64,000 bases of DNA from Candidatus Spongiisociaceae bacterium (lineage in GTDB: Bacteria > Actinomycetota > Acidimicrobiia > Spongiisociales > Spongiisociaceae): positions 3,232,001 through 3,296,000 of the forward strand of contig OZ253564.1 in NCBI GenBank assembly GCA_965262915.1. The letters run 5' to 3'. The first letter of the stretch is position 1. The number at the start of each line of letters is the position of its first letter. A program made the translations under genes and the position numbers. Shown piece by piece: positions 20,000-30,083 of the stretch. The notes under the pieces are model-generated. The model was not told the origin of the DNA, did no database searches, and was given only the letters and a program-made list of their open reading frames with translations.

Positions 20000-21298
20000 T
20001 CAGAACAGGGTGTGGGCGAGAGAGGTCACCTGATAGCCGTGGTCGACGATCGGGATAACCCTCCACTTGTCAAACGTCGTACACGGATGGGAGATGCCGA
20101 AGGCCACCAAGTCGCCGACAGCCAGGGGATCGTCGGGGCGCAGGTCGAGGTAGGCGTGCTGGTCGTTGACCGCGACGGCGCGGTACTCGGGCGCCGTCTC
20201 GACGACCGATGCCCCACGCCGCCGAACCTTCTTGACAACCGGGAGCAACCCGTCCGATGAAGCGTCCCGCCTGCCGACGCCGACGATCGCCCTGGTCGGC
20301 TCCGGCCGGGACAGGACCATTCCCCACACCTCGATGGCGGGAATCAGGTGGTCGGAGTGACCGGTCCTCCCCACCTCGCCCATCGGCGAGGCGCTGTGCA
20401 GGGACCCGTCGTCGTGGGACAGATAGCACCCGCTCCGGATGACCAACCGGACCGGGCGGTCGATGTCGAGGAGCGAGAACCGGGCGACCACCCGATCAAA
20501 GAAGGCGCTGCCGCCGGCGGTGACGACGATGTCGGGACTCGGCTCGAACCACCCACGACGGTCTATCTCGCGAGTGAGTTCAATGATCTGATCGAGGAAC
20601 TCGTCGACGACCTCTTGGGCGCTGCGGTCGCCCCGGGCTCCGAGAATGCCCTCGAACCCGGCGGTACCCGTCAGGGTGAGATATGGGGAGGCGTCGACCG
20701 CCCCGGCCACGACCAGACCGTCCTCGACCGTCCGGACGCCTGCCCGACCACCCGGAACCCCCATCTCGACCAGCACGGGAAACGGCCCATTGACCCCGAG
20801 TCGCCCGAGCACCTCGTCGAAGACGGCCACACCGGCGAGCGAGTCGACGTAACAGATGACATCGAAGCCCTCGGCCCTCGAGGCCGCCAGCCATTCGATC
20901 TCTCCCGGCGCAACCACCTCGTTGGCGATCAGCACCCGCGAAACGCCCACCTCCCGCATCACCTTGGCCTGCCAGGTGGTAGCGGCGGTGATCGCCCATG
21001 CCCCGTCGTCGATCTGGCGGCGGAACAACTCGGGTGACATCGTCGTCTTGCCATGGGGTGCGAGGTCCACCCCGTTCCGGAGGCAGAACTCACGCATCGT
21101 GGCGCCGTTGTGGTCGAGCGCCGACTCGTGCATGATCGCGATCGGATAAGGGATGTCGGGGTCGAAGACCGACCACCCGGTCGTTTCTTCGGCACGGAGC
21201 GGGAAACCCTTGGGCCGGGGGTTAGGGTCGCCGCCCATCGGAACAACTCCGGCCTTCGCCGACACCGGTGCCTGGCAGTTCTCCGAACTGTTACCCAT
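20000..21298 (-). CDS. DSD1-family PLP enzyme (D-serine deaminase / D-amino sugar acid ammonia-lyase-like, alanine racemase fold)
   Basis: LAPHGKTTMSPEL, LIANE, TAGGSAFFD, RSGCYLSHD, NDQH, SHPCTTFDKWR. Confidence 0.88.
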   Translation of the reverse strand: MGNSSENCQAPVSAKAGVVPMGGDPNPRPKGFPLRAEETTGWSVFDPDIPYPIAIMHESALDHNGATMREFCLRNGVDLAPHGKTTMSPELFRRQIDDGAWAITAATTWQAKVMREVGVSRVLIANEVVAPGEIEWLAASRAEGFDVICYVDSLAGVAVFDEVLGRLGVNGPFPVLVEMGVPGGRAGVRTVEDGLVVAGAVDASPYLTLTGTAGFEGILGARGDRSAQEVVDEFLDQIIELTREIDRRGWFEPSPDIVVTAGGSAFFDRVVARFSLLDIDRPVRLVIRSGCYLSHDDGSLHSASPMGEVGRTGHSDHLIPAIEVWGMVLSRPEPTRAIVGVGRRDASSDGLLPVVKKVRRRGASVVETAPEYRAVAVNDQHAYLDLRPDDPLAVGDLVAFGISHPCTTFDKWRVIPIVDHGYQVTSLAHTLF

Positions 21299-21623
21299 CC
21301 GTGATCCTTCCTCGATGGTGTCACCCGGCGAGCGCCACACCCCATCCGCTTACGTGTATGGCTCCACCCTCGGGGGCCTCCCGGTGGGCTCGGTCGGGCT
21401 CAAGGCGGACCGCCACAACCCTACCGCTTCCATTGAGGACCGCATCGCCGGGGCCGACGTTCCGTAATATCGCCGGGGCCGAGGAGAGTGCTGAGCCATC
21501 CACCCCCGACCCGTCACTCGACGACGAAATGACTGGTCAGAGCGCGACGGGCCAAGAGCAATCGTAATTGTTAAGCCTTCTCCGAGGACAACGACGCTTC
21601 CCACCTGACCGGGCTATACCCGT

Positions 21624-22391
21624 TCAGTAGTGGATCCAACCGCCGTCAACGTTGATCACCTGGCCCGTCACGAAGGCGCTCTCGTCACTGGCCAGGTAGA
21701 CGAACGTCCCAGTGAGATCCGCGGCGTAGCCTCGCCTTGGAAGGCATTGGCGTTCGGCGGCCTTCGCCGCTAGCTCTCGCTCATCGACTCCGAGACCCAC
21801 CTCGTGCTCGGTTCGGATCGCGCCCGGCATCACTGCATTCACCCTGATCCCCTGCTTGCCCACTTCGCGGGCGAGGGCGCGAGTCAGACCGATGATGGCC
21901 GCCTTGGACGTGACGTAGTCGAGCAACCCCGCCATGCCCAGTTCGGTGGTGACGCTGGTCACGGTGATGATGCTCCCCCGACCCTTGCGGACCATGCCCT
22001 CGTGGACGGCCCGGGCGCAGAGGAATGTTCCCCGTACGTTGACCGCATGCGTGTGGTCCCATTGCTCCAGAGGAATCTCGGTCCACAGAGACCGGCGCGA
22101 GTAGGCCGCGTTGGCAACGAGTACGTCGACTTCGCCGAACTGGCGCCGGGCGGCCTCCACCAAGCGGTCGACTTGCTCCGGCACGGAAATGTCAGCAGCC
22201 ACCTTGATCGCGTCGCCGCCCGTTTCCACGATCCGGTCCACGACCTCGTCGGCCAGAGCGTCCATCTGCTGCTCTGGGATCGTGTTAACGACCACAGCGG
22301 CACCCTCTGACGCGAACGCCTCGGCAACCGACGCGCCGATCCCCCTCGACGCCCCCGTCACGATCGCAACCCGTCCATCCAGCCGACCCAT
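21624..22391 (-). CDS. SDR oxidoreductase (4)
   Basis: TGASRGIG, DYVTSKAA, AFVTGQVINVDGG. Confidence 0.93.
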   Translation of the reverse strand: MGRLDGRVAIVTGASRGIGASVAEAFASEGAAVVVNTIPEQQMDALADEVVDRIVETGGDAIKVAADISVPEQVDRLVEAARRQFGEVDVLVANAAYSRRSLWTEIPLEQWDHTHAVNVRGTFLCARAVHEGMVRKGRGSIITVTSVTTELGMAGLLDYVTSKAAIIGLTRALAREVGKQGIRVNAVMPGAIRTEHEVGLGVDERELAAKAAERQCLPRRGYAADLTGTFVYLASDESAFVTGQVINVDGGWIHY

Positions 22392-22554
22392 TTCTACTAC
22401 CTCTCGTTCACCCACCGTCCGGTCGGTGCGATGCCGTCACCGGTTCAGCCGGCCTCGACCCTCGAGCCGGAGCAGTCGATACCGGATCGCGTCCCAGGCC
22501 GTGGTCTCACCGGACAGTCTCGTGGTCGGGACGGCGACGCCGGCGAGCGCTCCG

Positions 22555-23325
22555 TCACCAGATGCTCCAACCGCCGTCCACCACCAGGTTGTGGCCGTTG
22601 ACGAATCCCGAGCCTTCCGCCGACAGGAACACCACCGCGGTGACGAAGTCTTCGGGAGTGCCGTTGCGCCCGACCGGGGTGTGGTCGGCGTTGCGGGCAC
22701 GGACTGCCACGCCCTCCTCGTCCGGCTCGGACCAAGAGATCATCCCGGGGCTGAGGGCGTTCACGGTCACTCCTGTCGTACCCAGCTGGCAGGCAACGTA
22801 TCTGGTGAGGCCGACGACGCCGTGCTTGGCGGCTGTGTACGCACCGGCGCCGCCCCGCGCAGCGGCCGACCTGCGGTCCTGGCCGAGGATACCGTAGATG
22901 GACGACACGTTGATGATCCGTCCGAATCCGCGCGCAGCCATCTTGGGGCTCAGTAGATGGATGAGACGCATGGACGCCACCGTGTTGATCTCGTAGGTCC
23001 CCCGCCAGTCGTCGGGGGATTGCTCCGGCCACGGCTTGATAAAGGGATCACCGCCCGCGTTGTTCACCAAAATGTCGATGTGCTCGGGAATCCGGTCGAG
23101 CTCCTCGTACAACGAATCAACGGTGAGATCGCCCACGATGTAGCGATGCTCAGGGCCGAGGGTCGAGAAGGTCTCGGCAAGCGCATCGGCGCTCCGGGCG
23201 ATGCTGATGACCGTGGCGCCGTGCCCGGCGAGCCCGTGCACGAGTGTCCGACCCAGGCCGTATCCACCCCCGGTTACGAGGGCTGTCCTCCCCGAGAGGT
23301 CGAACATGTTGGTCCTGACATCCAT
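22555..23325 (-). CDS. SDR oxidoreductase (5)
   Basis: TGGGYGLG, NNAG, YTAAK, VNGHNLVVDGGWSIW. Confidence 0.93.
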   Translation of the reverse strand: MDVRTNMFDLSGRTALVTGGGYGLGRTLVHGLAGHGATVISIARSADALAETFSTLGPEHRYIVGDLTVDSLYEELDRIPEHIDILVNNAGGDPFIKPWPEQSPDDWRGTYEINTVASMRLIHLLSPKMAARGFGRIINVSSIYGILGQDRRSAAARGGAGAYTAAKHGVVGLTRYVACQLGTTGVTVNALSPGMISWSEPDEEGVAVRARNADHTPVGRNGTPEDFVTAVVFLSAEGSGFVNGHNLVVDGGWSIW

Positions 23326-23506
23326 CTCGACACTGCTCCTTCTTGTGGATCGACCGTGGGTTGGCCCTCGGTCCTAGGTGGCCTGGGTTTCCATACCGTC
23401 TCGCTCGAATGCTCGCTCTGGACAAACTACGTTTATCGCAGCGCGGGGTACCCAGAACCTAGTTGAAGTCGGCCAGGCATGTGCCGACAAGAGGGTGCGC
23501 GGCAGG

Positions 23507-23715
23507 CTGATCAGCAACACCGGATAGGACGTGGTCACGTCTTCCTGGATTCGACCCCCGAGGAGTGGTGCCGGCTCATCGACATCAACTTGGTTGGTCG
23601 GCTGCACATACACCATGGCGTCCTCGCTAGCATCGTGGCACGGGACATCGGCGGGTAGTTCGCCGTCGCCTCAGACGCAGTCGGGCGTCAGCCTCTCAGG
23701 CGGGCAGGTTCGGCC
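23507..23715 (+). pseudogene. Decayed SDR remnant
   Basis: LISNTG*DVV (compare LVNNAGWD), frameshift, FLDSTPEEWCRLIDINLVG, later VASDA; several frame breaks. Confidence 0.6.
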
Positions 23716-23789
23716 TCTCGAAGACCCCGGCCCGGATTCGCGGCAGGGCCGGGATCACCTTCAATGCCGTGGGGTGCCGGCACGTAAGT

Positions 23790-24566
23790 TCACGCCTTGA
23801 GGCTGACGGTCCGTGCGGATTGGACGAGTGCGGCCGTGTACGGATCGGACGGACTGCTGAGCACCTTGGTCATGGGACCGGCTTCGATGATACGGCCTTC
23901 CTTCATGACGATGACCTGCTCGCAGATCCTGCTGATGACCGCCAAGTCGTGCGAGACCATGACCAGGGTCAGACCGAGCTCCGCTCGAATGTCCATGAGC
24001 AGGTTGAGCACCTGGGCCTGGACGGACACGTCCAGGGCGCTGGTCGGCTCGTCGGCGTAGAGAACCTCCGGACCGACCGACAGGGCGCGGGCAACCCCGA
24101 CCCGCTGCAGCTGCCCGCCGGACAACTGATGCGGGAAACGCGGGAGGACCTCGTCGGTCAAACCCACTCGTTCGAGCCAACCGATAAGCTCGTCGTCGGA
24201 GGGTGCGCGGCGCTCGATTGCCCTTACCGGCTGGCTCAACGATCGGCGGATGCTCATTCGTGGATCGAGGGACCGCCGGGGACTCTGGAACACGATCTGG
24301 TTGCGACGACGGAGTTCCCTGGGACGCCGCGCCAGCCACTCCGTGAGCTCCAGTCCATCGAAGATGACCTCTCCTTCCTGACGGATCAGAAGACCACACA
24401 GGATACGTACCAGCGTCGACTTCCCCGAACCCGACTCCCCGACGATGCCGACCGACGATGCCCTTTCGATCGACAGGTCCATGTCCTTGAGTGTCCACGG
24501 GAGGGCGCCGCGCCCCCGCACGCTCGGGTACCGGAAGTGCAGTCCGCGGACCTCAACGAGCGGCAT
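23790..24566 (-). CDS. Dipeptide/oligopeptide ABC ATPase (DppF-like)
   Basis: GESGSGKST, FPHQLSGGQLQR, DEPTSALDVSVQAQ. Confidence 0.93.
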   Translation of the reverse strand: MPLVEVRGLHFRYPSVRGRGALPWTLKDMDLSIERASSVGIVGESGSGKSTLVRILCGLLIRQEGEVIFDGLELTEWLARRPRELRRRNQIVFQSPRRSLDPRMSIRRSLSQPVRAIERRAPSDDELIGWLERVGLTDEVLPRFPHQLSGGQLQRVGVARALSVGPEVLYADEPTSALDVSVQAQVLNLLMDIRAELGLTLVMVSHDLAVISRICEQVIVMKEGRIIEAGPMTKVLSSPSDPYTAALVQSARTVSLKA

Positions 24567-25551
24567 CGATGGCTCCTCGGGTAGCGGCGATGCGCTCGGT
24601 CGGGTTCCAACATTTGAAGATGTGGCCACTGGCCGCCACCGAGATCTCAGGTGGTTGTGCGCACGCCTCGATCTCCGAGGTGCACCGGCCCCGGAATCGG
24701 CAACCGGACGGGAACTTGCCGAGTGCCGGCACCGAGCCTCGGATGACTTCAAGCCGCTGGTTTACAACCTCGCCGAGATGTTCGTCGGCTGCGATCCCCG
24801 GATTGGCGGACACCAACGCCTGGGTGTACCGGTGGCGCGGATGCCCGATGACTCGTTCGGCCGGACCGAACTCCACCATCTGGCCACCGTAAACGACGCC
24901 GACCACCTCGCTGATTGCCTGGACGACACCGAGGTCATGACTGACGAACAGCAGGCCCATGTTGCGCGAGGTGCTCAGTTCGCGCAGCAGCGAAAGGATC
25001 CCGTTCTGTACCGTGACGTCCAGCGCCGTCGTCGGCTCGTCGGCGATGAGCAGCTTGGGATCGCACGCGATCGCGATCGCGATTAGGACACGCTGCTGCT
25101 GGCCACCCGACAACTGGTGCGGGTACCGGCGCAGCAGCGCTTCGGCTTCGGGCAGCTGAACCTGGGTGAGCAGGTCGAGGACGTGCGCTCGCAGCTGGTT
25201 CCGGGGCAGATCCATGTGCAGGCGGATCGCCTCGGCGACCTGCCGGCCGATGCGCATCATGGGATTGAGCGCCTTGGCCGGATCCTGAAAGACCACGCCG
25301 ATCTCGCGGCCGCGTACCTCGGCAAGCTGGCGGTCGGTCAATCCGACCATCTCCCGTCCGTTGAAGCGGATTGACCCCGACACAACGGCTTCATTGGGTT
25401 GCAGGCCGACGATGCTCATGGCCGTCATCGTCTTGCCCGACCCGGACTCACCCACGATCCCCAGGCGCGTACCGGACGGGACGGTCAGCTGTTCGATTTC
25501 GACGATGGCGTGGCGACCGATGGTCACGTTGAGGTCGTGGATCTCGAGCAT
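24553..25551 (-). CDS. Dipeptide/oligopeptide ABC ATPase (DppD-like)
   Basis: [36 protein letters not shown]-terminal Cys motif. Confidence 0.93.
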   Translation of the reverse strand: MLEIHDLNVTIGRHAIVEIEQLTVPSGTRLGIVGESGSGKTMTAMSIVGLQPNEAVVSGSIRFNGREMVGLTDRQLAEVRGREIGVVFQDPAKALNPMMRIGRQVAEAIRLHMDLPRNQLRAHVLDLLTQVQLPEAEALLRRYPHQLSGGQQQRVLIAIAIACDPKLLIADEPTTALDVTVQNGILSLLRELSTSRNMGLLFVSHDLGVVQAISEVVGVVYGGQMVEFGPAERVIGHPRHRYTQALVSANPGIAADEHLGEVVNQRLEVIRGSVPALGKFPSGCRFRGRCTSEIEACAQPPEISVAASGHIFKCWNPTERIAATRGAIDAAR

Positions 25552-26531
25552 CAAATGAGTCCCGAACGGGTAGCCTGCTGCGGATCGAGGATGGTACGCA
25601 GCCCGTCGCCGAGGAGGTTGAACCCGAGGACGGTCAGCACGATCGCCACACCCGGGAAGAACATCAGGGTCGGCGCCGCCTCGAGCAGGGGCTGCGACTC
25701 CTGCAGCAGCCGTCCCCAGGACGCTGTTGGTGGCTGAGCGCCTATACCGAGAAAGGCCAGTGCCGCTTCGATAAGGATTGCGGCGGCGAACATCACCGAT
25801 CCCAACACGATCAGCAGCGGGGCGATGTTGGGGGTGACGTGGTGTAAGAGCACGTACCACTTGGTGCGACCGTAGGCGTAGGCGGCCTCCACGAAGTCGA
25901 GCGCAAGGATCTGGCGGGCGGGACCGATCGTCACCCGAGCGGCGATGGGTATGAACCAGAAGATGATCGCCACGATCGCCGCCTGGTTACCGGGGCCGGT
26001 CGAGGTCGCCAGCACCAGCGCGATCAAGATACCCGGGAGGGCCACTCCGACATCGATCAGCCGGGACAGGGCGTTGCGCCACCGAGAGCCGGCGCCGGCG
26101 GTCAGCAGCCCGAGCAGCGCGCCGACGACAATCGCCACCGACGTCGACAGCAAGCTGACGAACAGGGAATTGCGGGCACCCACCATGAGTTGGCTGACGA
26201 CATCACGGCCGAACTTGTCGGTGCCGAACATATACCCGGGGCTGCCGGGTGGCAGCAGCCGGTCGACCACGACCAACACATTGGGGTCGTAGGGCGTCCA
26301 CACGAACGAGACGGTCGCAACGAACAGGAACGATCCGACGAGAATCGCGCCGATGATCAGCGGCAGGGGAAGCCGACGAGTGCGGCGCCACAGACTCGGC
26401 CTGTCGGGGGGCTCGGTGAAGTCCGTGTTAACCAGCAGGTCGGAGGTCGGCTCACCACGACCGGGACTTGATGTGCGGGGTGCGGGCCGTCCGGGTTCGT
26501 CACGCAATGGCCTCACCTCCCTGGCTATCAC
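25551..26531 (-). CDS. Dpp/Opp permease (DppC-like); start uncertain
   Basis: FGTDKFGRDV, EAALAFLGIG.QPP..SWG, GFNLLGDGLR. Confidence 0.93.
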   Translation of the reverse strand: MIAREVRPLRDEPGRPAPRTSSPGRGEPTSDLLVNTDFTEPPDRPSLWRRTRRLPLPLIIGAILVGSFLFVATVSFVWTPYDPNVLVVVDRLLPPGSPGYMFGTDKFGRDVVSQLMVGARNSLFVSLLSTSVAIVVGALLGLLTAGAGSRWRNALSRLIDVGVALPGILIALVLATSTGPGNQAAIVAIIFWFIPIAARVTIGPARQILALDFVEAAYAYGRTKWYVLLHHVTPNIAPLLIVLGSVMFAAAILIEAALAFLGIGAQPPTASWGRLLQESQPLLEAAPTLMFFPGVAIVLTVLGFNLLGDGLRTILDPQQATRSGLI

Positions 26532-27465
26532 GAATCCTCGGATCGATCAGGACGTAGGCGATGTCCATCAGGAAGTTCATCACCAGGATCATCAACAGGA
26601 TGACCAGGATGAGCGACTGCACGACGATCACCTCACGCCCTAGCACCGACGTGACCAGCAGGCGTCCGATGCCCGGGATGACGAACACATTCTCGATCAC
26701 CACCGTTCCGGCCATGAGCGCTCCGAGTTGCAGGGTACCGACGGTCACCAGCGACACCGACGCGTTGCGTACGCCGTGGACGAGAGCTGCCCCGCGGCGG
26801 GTGCGGCCCTTGGCCATCGCGGTGCGAATGAAGTCCTCGCCCATCACGTCGAGCATCGCCGAGCGGACATAACGGGTCAGCACCGACGTGATCCCGAGCG
26901 ACAGGGCGAGTGTCGGCATCACGAGGCGCTGTATGGACTCGCCCAGGTCGTCGAACGGTGATGTGTAGCCGCCGGTCGGCAGCCATCCGAGTTGGATCCC
27001 GAAGACCACCACCATGAGGAGCCCCGCCCAGAACGCCGGAACTGCGATACCGATCTGGCTCATCACATCGACGACACCACCACGAACTCTCTTGACGTGA
27101 ATGGCCGAGAACGTCCCGAGCACGAGAGCAGCAGGAATAGAGATGAGCAGCGAACCGAACGCTAGGAGGGTCGTCGGGCCGAGTCGACGCAGGACCTCGT
27201 CGTAGATGTCGAACCGTGCGGAGTAGGACGTCCCGAGGTCTCCGGTGAACACCCCGACAAGCCAATCAAAGTACTGCACGTACCACGCAGCATTCAGGCC
27301 CAACTCCTCCTGCAGGGCCTCGAGGGCCCCGGGGGTCGCGTACTGGCCCAGGATGATGTGCGCGACGTTGCCGCCGATGGAGCGCAACAAGCCGAAGACG
27401 ACCAAGGATCCGAGCACCGCGGCAAGGGCCAGAGACACGACGGACCTGACGATCACCCGCGCCAC
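26500..27465 (-). CDS. Dpp/Opp permease (DppB-like)
   Basis: GDLGTS, RTAMAKG, VIENVF.IPGIG, IDPRIR. Confidence 0.93.
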   Translation of the reverse strand: MARVIVRSVVSLALAAVLGSLVVFGLLRSIGGNVAHIILGQYATPGALEALQEELGLNAAWYVQYFDWLVGVFTGDLGTSYSARFDIYDEVLRRLGPTTLLAFGSLLISIPAALVLGTFSAIHVKRVRGGVVDVMSQIGIAVPAFWAGLLMVVVFGIQLGWLPTGGYTSPFDDLGESIQRLVMPTLALSLGITSVLTRYVRSAMLDVMGEDFIRTAMAKGRTRRGAALVHGVRNASVSLVTVGTLQLGALMAGTVVIENVFVIPGIGRLLVTSVLGREVIVVQSLILVILLMILVMNFLMDIAYVLIDPRIRDSQGGEAIA

Positions 27466-27548
27466 TCGAACCTCCCTCTAACAAACAGACGTCGGTTCCG
27501 GCTCACCTCAAGGGCACCGGGCGCCAGTCGGATGTCGGTAGGAAACTC

Positions 27549-27582
27549 GGTGGGGTCCGCCATCAAAATGGCGGACCCCACC
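27549..27582 (-). promoter_or_regulatory. Perfect 15-bp stem-loop between the SBP and permease genes (mRNA stabiliser or partial terminator)
   Basis: GGTGGGGTCCGCCAT-CAAA-ATGGCGGACCCCACC. Confidence 0.65.
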
Positions 27583-27632
27583 CGGACTTAGTGATCGGGC
27601 TCAACTCTCGCAGAGAGAGCTCCGGCGCAACG

Positions 27633-29294
27633 TCAGCCCGCCCAACGCATGTCGCCCACGTAGATGTGGATGTCCGGAAGGCGGTGCTGCTTGATCCCGA
27701 GCAGATCCGAACGGTAGAGCACCGGGACGTTCGGCTTCTTGGTCGCGAAGATCCACCCCTGATCGGCGACGTAGTCGTGCAGAGCGCGCTGCGCAGCGAC
27801 GTAGTCGTCATAGTCGGACTGGGCCTCGACTGCGGCTATCAACTCATCCATGCCTTCGTCGCAGAACGCCTGGTTGCCTCTACCGAACTGCTGCCGGCCT
27901 CGATCGCACCCGTAGTTGACAAGTGGCGCACCACTGGTGATCTGGAATACCTGGTATTGACCCTGCGTATTGACCTGATCCAACCACGTGGCGAGGTCCA
28001 GGCTCCGCAACTCGATCGTGACACCGATCTCAGCCATTTCTGCCTGGAAGACCTGGGCCATCACGGTATGCCACGCGACATTGGCGAATGGGAAGTCCAA
28101 CACCAACTCGCCCGGTCCGAAACCGGCCTCTGCAAGGAGCTCAACTGCCTTAGCGGGGTCGTAGGGATACGGACAGTAATCCGAGTCCCACGCTATCCCT
28201 GAAGGTACCGCCATCGAACATGATGGGGTGGCCGTCCCGGCCGTCGCCGCATCGATGTGCGCCGTCCGGTTGTGTCCGTGCTGGATCGCCTGGCGCACGC
28301 GGGGGTCCTGGAATTCCGGCACATTCGTGTCCAGCAACCAGTACGAGACCTCGGTGCCGGGAAGGAGTACGAGTTCGATACCGTCGTTTTCTCCGGACAC
28401 GGCGAACACCCGGTCCATGCCCTCAGCGATCACCGAGGCGACCATGTCGAGCTCTCCGCCGAGCAGAGCATTGATCGCCGCGGTCTCATCGGGGATGAAC
28501 CGCTGGATCACCGTCTCGAAGAAGGGCTTGTCTCCCCAGTAGTCCTCGAAACGAGTCATAGTCAGGTCCTGGTCGATCCTGTATTCGGCGAACACGTACG
28601 GGCCGGTACCGATCACCGTTGTAGCGGCGTCGTTGTCCTCGAAGAAGTTCTCCGGGACCATGATCCCGGCACGATCCGCCATGGTGTTGACGAACGTCAG
28701 GCTCGGCGCGTTGAGGGTCACCTCAACCGCATGGTCTCCCGCCGCCTGGACGGCCGCGACCGAGCCGTAGGGTCCCGCCGTCCTATCGACACTGGCTTGA
28801 CCGTTCGCGTTCATCGAATACACAACGTCGGCTGAGGTGAAATCGGATCCATCGTGGAATTTGACGCCCTGACGCAAGTCGAAGGTGACGGTGAGACCGT
28901 CGGTGCTGACGTCCCACGACTCGGCCAGCACCGGGACCAAGGAGCCGTCCGCCTCTAGTCGAACGAGCGTCTCCCAGACGTTCAGCAGCAAGGGTGCGGT
29001 GACTGCGGTCAGTCCGGTCTCGGTGTAGTCCCAGTTCGGCGGCTCCTGCGAGTAGGAGTAGGTCAGAGTCGTGCCGCGTGGGTCCTCAGGCTCTGGTGGG
29101 GGCGCCTCCGTTGTTGCGGTTGTTTCTGCCGGAGTCGCCGTTGTGCTCGGTGCCTCTGCCGCTGTCGTAGCTGGAGCCGCCGTAGTAGTGGTCGCAGCGT
29201 CCCCCTCATCGTCGCTGCCACAGGCAGCCGCCACCAACGTAAACGCGATTAGCAGCAGCGCCACCTTCGAATGTTTCTTGCGCAAATACCTCAC
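27633..29294 (-). CDS. Family 5 ABC substrate-binding lipoprotein (DppA-like)
   Basis: Lipobox AAAC, Thr/Ala linker, LAESWDVS.DG, FHDGS.FT..DV, IGTGPY. Confidence 0.93.
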   Translation of the reverse strand: MRYLRKKHSKVALLLIAFTLVAAACGSDDEGDAATTTTAAPATTAAEAPSTTATPAETTATTEAPPPEPEDPRGTTLTYSYSQEPPNWDYTETGLTAVTAPLLLNVWETLVRLEADGSLVPVLAESWDVSTDGLTVTFDLRQGVKFHDGSDFTSADVVYSMNANGQASVDRTAGPYGSVAAVQAAGDHAVEVTLNAPSLTFVNTMADRAGIMVPENFFEDNDAATTVIGTGPYVFAEYRIDQDLTMTRFEDYWGDKPFFETVIQRFIPDETAAINALLGGELDMVASVIAEGMDRVFAVSGENDGIELVLLPGTEVSYWLLDTNVPEFQDPRVRQAIQHGHNRTAHIDAATAGTATPSCSMAVPSGIAWDSDYCPYPYDPAKAVELLAEAGFGPGELVLDFPFANVAWHTVMAQVFQAEMAEIGVTIELRSLDLATWLDQVNTQGQYQVFQITSGAPLVNYGCDRGRQQFGRGNQAFCDEGMDELIAAVEAQSDYDDYVAAQRALHDYVADQGWIFATKKPNVPVLYRSDLLGIKQHRLPDIHIYVGDMRWAG

Positions 29295-29430
29295 TATGCA
29301 GCCTCCCTCGCAGGCCAGTTCGTTACTGCAATCTGCTCGCAGCACCGGCCAGAACTTTTATGAACGATAGACCCCGCTTCAGTACCGGGCAAGCGAGTTC
29401 GAAATGGCTTTGAAGCTATGCGGACACGGT

Positions 29431-29751
29431 TCAGAGCCGTTCGCCCGGTTCCGTCTCCCACCACAAGTCGATGACATCCAACTCATCGGCGAGCACCACG
29501 TCCCTGTCGAAGGCACGTGCGACGGCAGCAAGCACTCGACACTCGGACTCCGCTCCCTCCAACCTCGGCCCACGGTGCACGAGAACCAGCCTCTCGACAC
29601 CGGCGTCACCAGCCATCAACGCGGTGCGCGCCGTTCCGGTCTGACCCGGCGCCTCGCCACATTCGTCCATGGTCGCTTGGTGATCCCAACACATGCTCAC
29701 CAACGTCGTGGCACCGACCTGGCCTTTCTCCCAGCGGTGACCGGGCCCCAT
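29431..29751 (-). pseudogene. C-terminal remnant of an RNase Z-like MBL-fold hydrolase
   Basis: AGVERLVLVH...FDRDVVLADELDVIDL C-terminal pattern; no HxHxDH-containing N-terminus upstream. Confidence 0.55.
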
Positions 29752-30083
29752 GGCGTCGCTCCCTCCGGAACCACAGGGAGCGACGGCTGGGAGGGCTTCG
29801 CCGGGCTCTTATAGACGACGGCAATCGGTGGCCGGAGCCAATACAATGGCGATGCTCTTGAAGAGACCTGGGATCGTTCGATTACAAAGCGGACGCATCC
29901 GGTCACCGTGTCTGCGTACTCCCGGCGTGTACGACCGCCTGCTGTCATGCAGCGGATTCGGATCGTGTGCCGGGTTTTCCGAGTATCGGGAGACCACGAC
30001 TTCGGCGAGAGCGTCGGCACGGGCCGGCACAGCTGTGGCGAGCTTCGGCCGGTTCGGTCTGACATCTCGAAAGGAAACACAGC

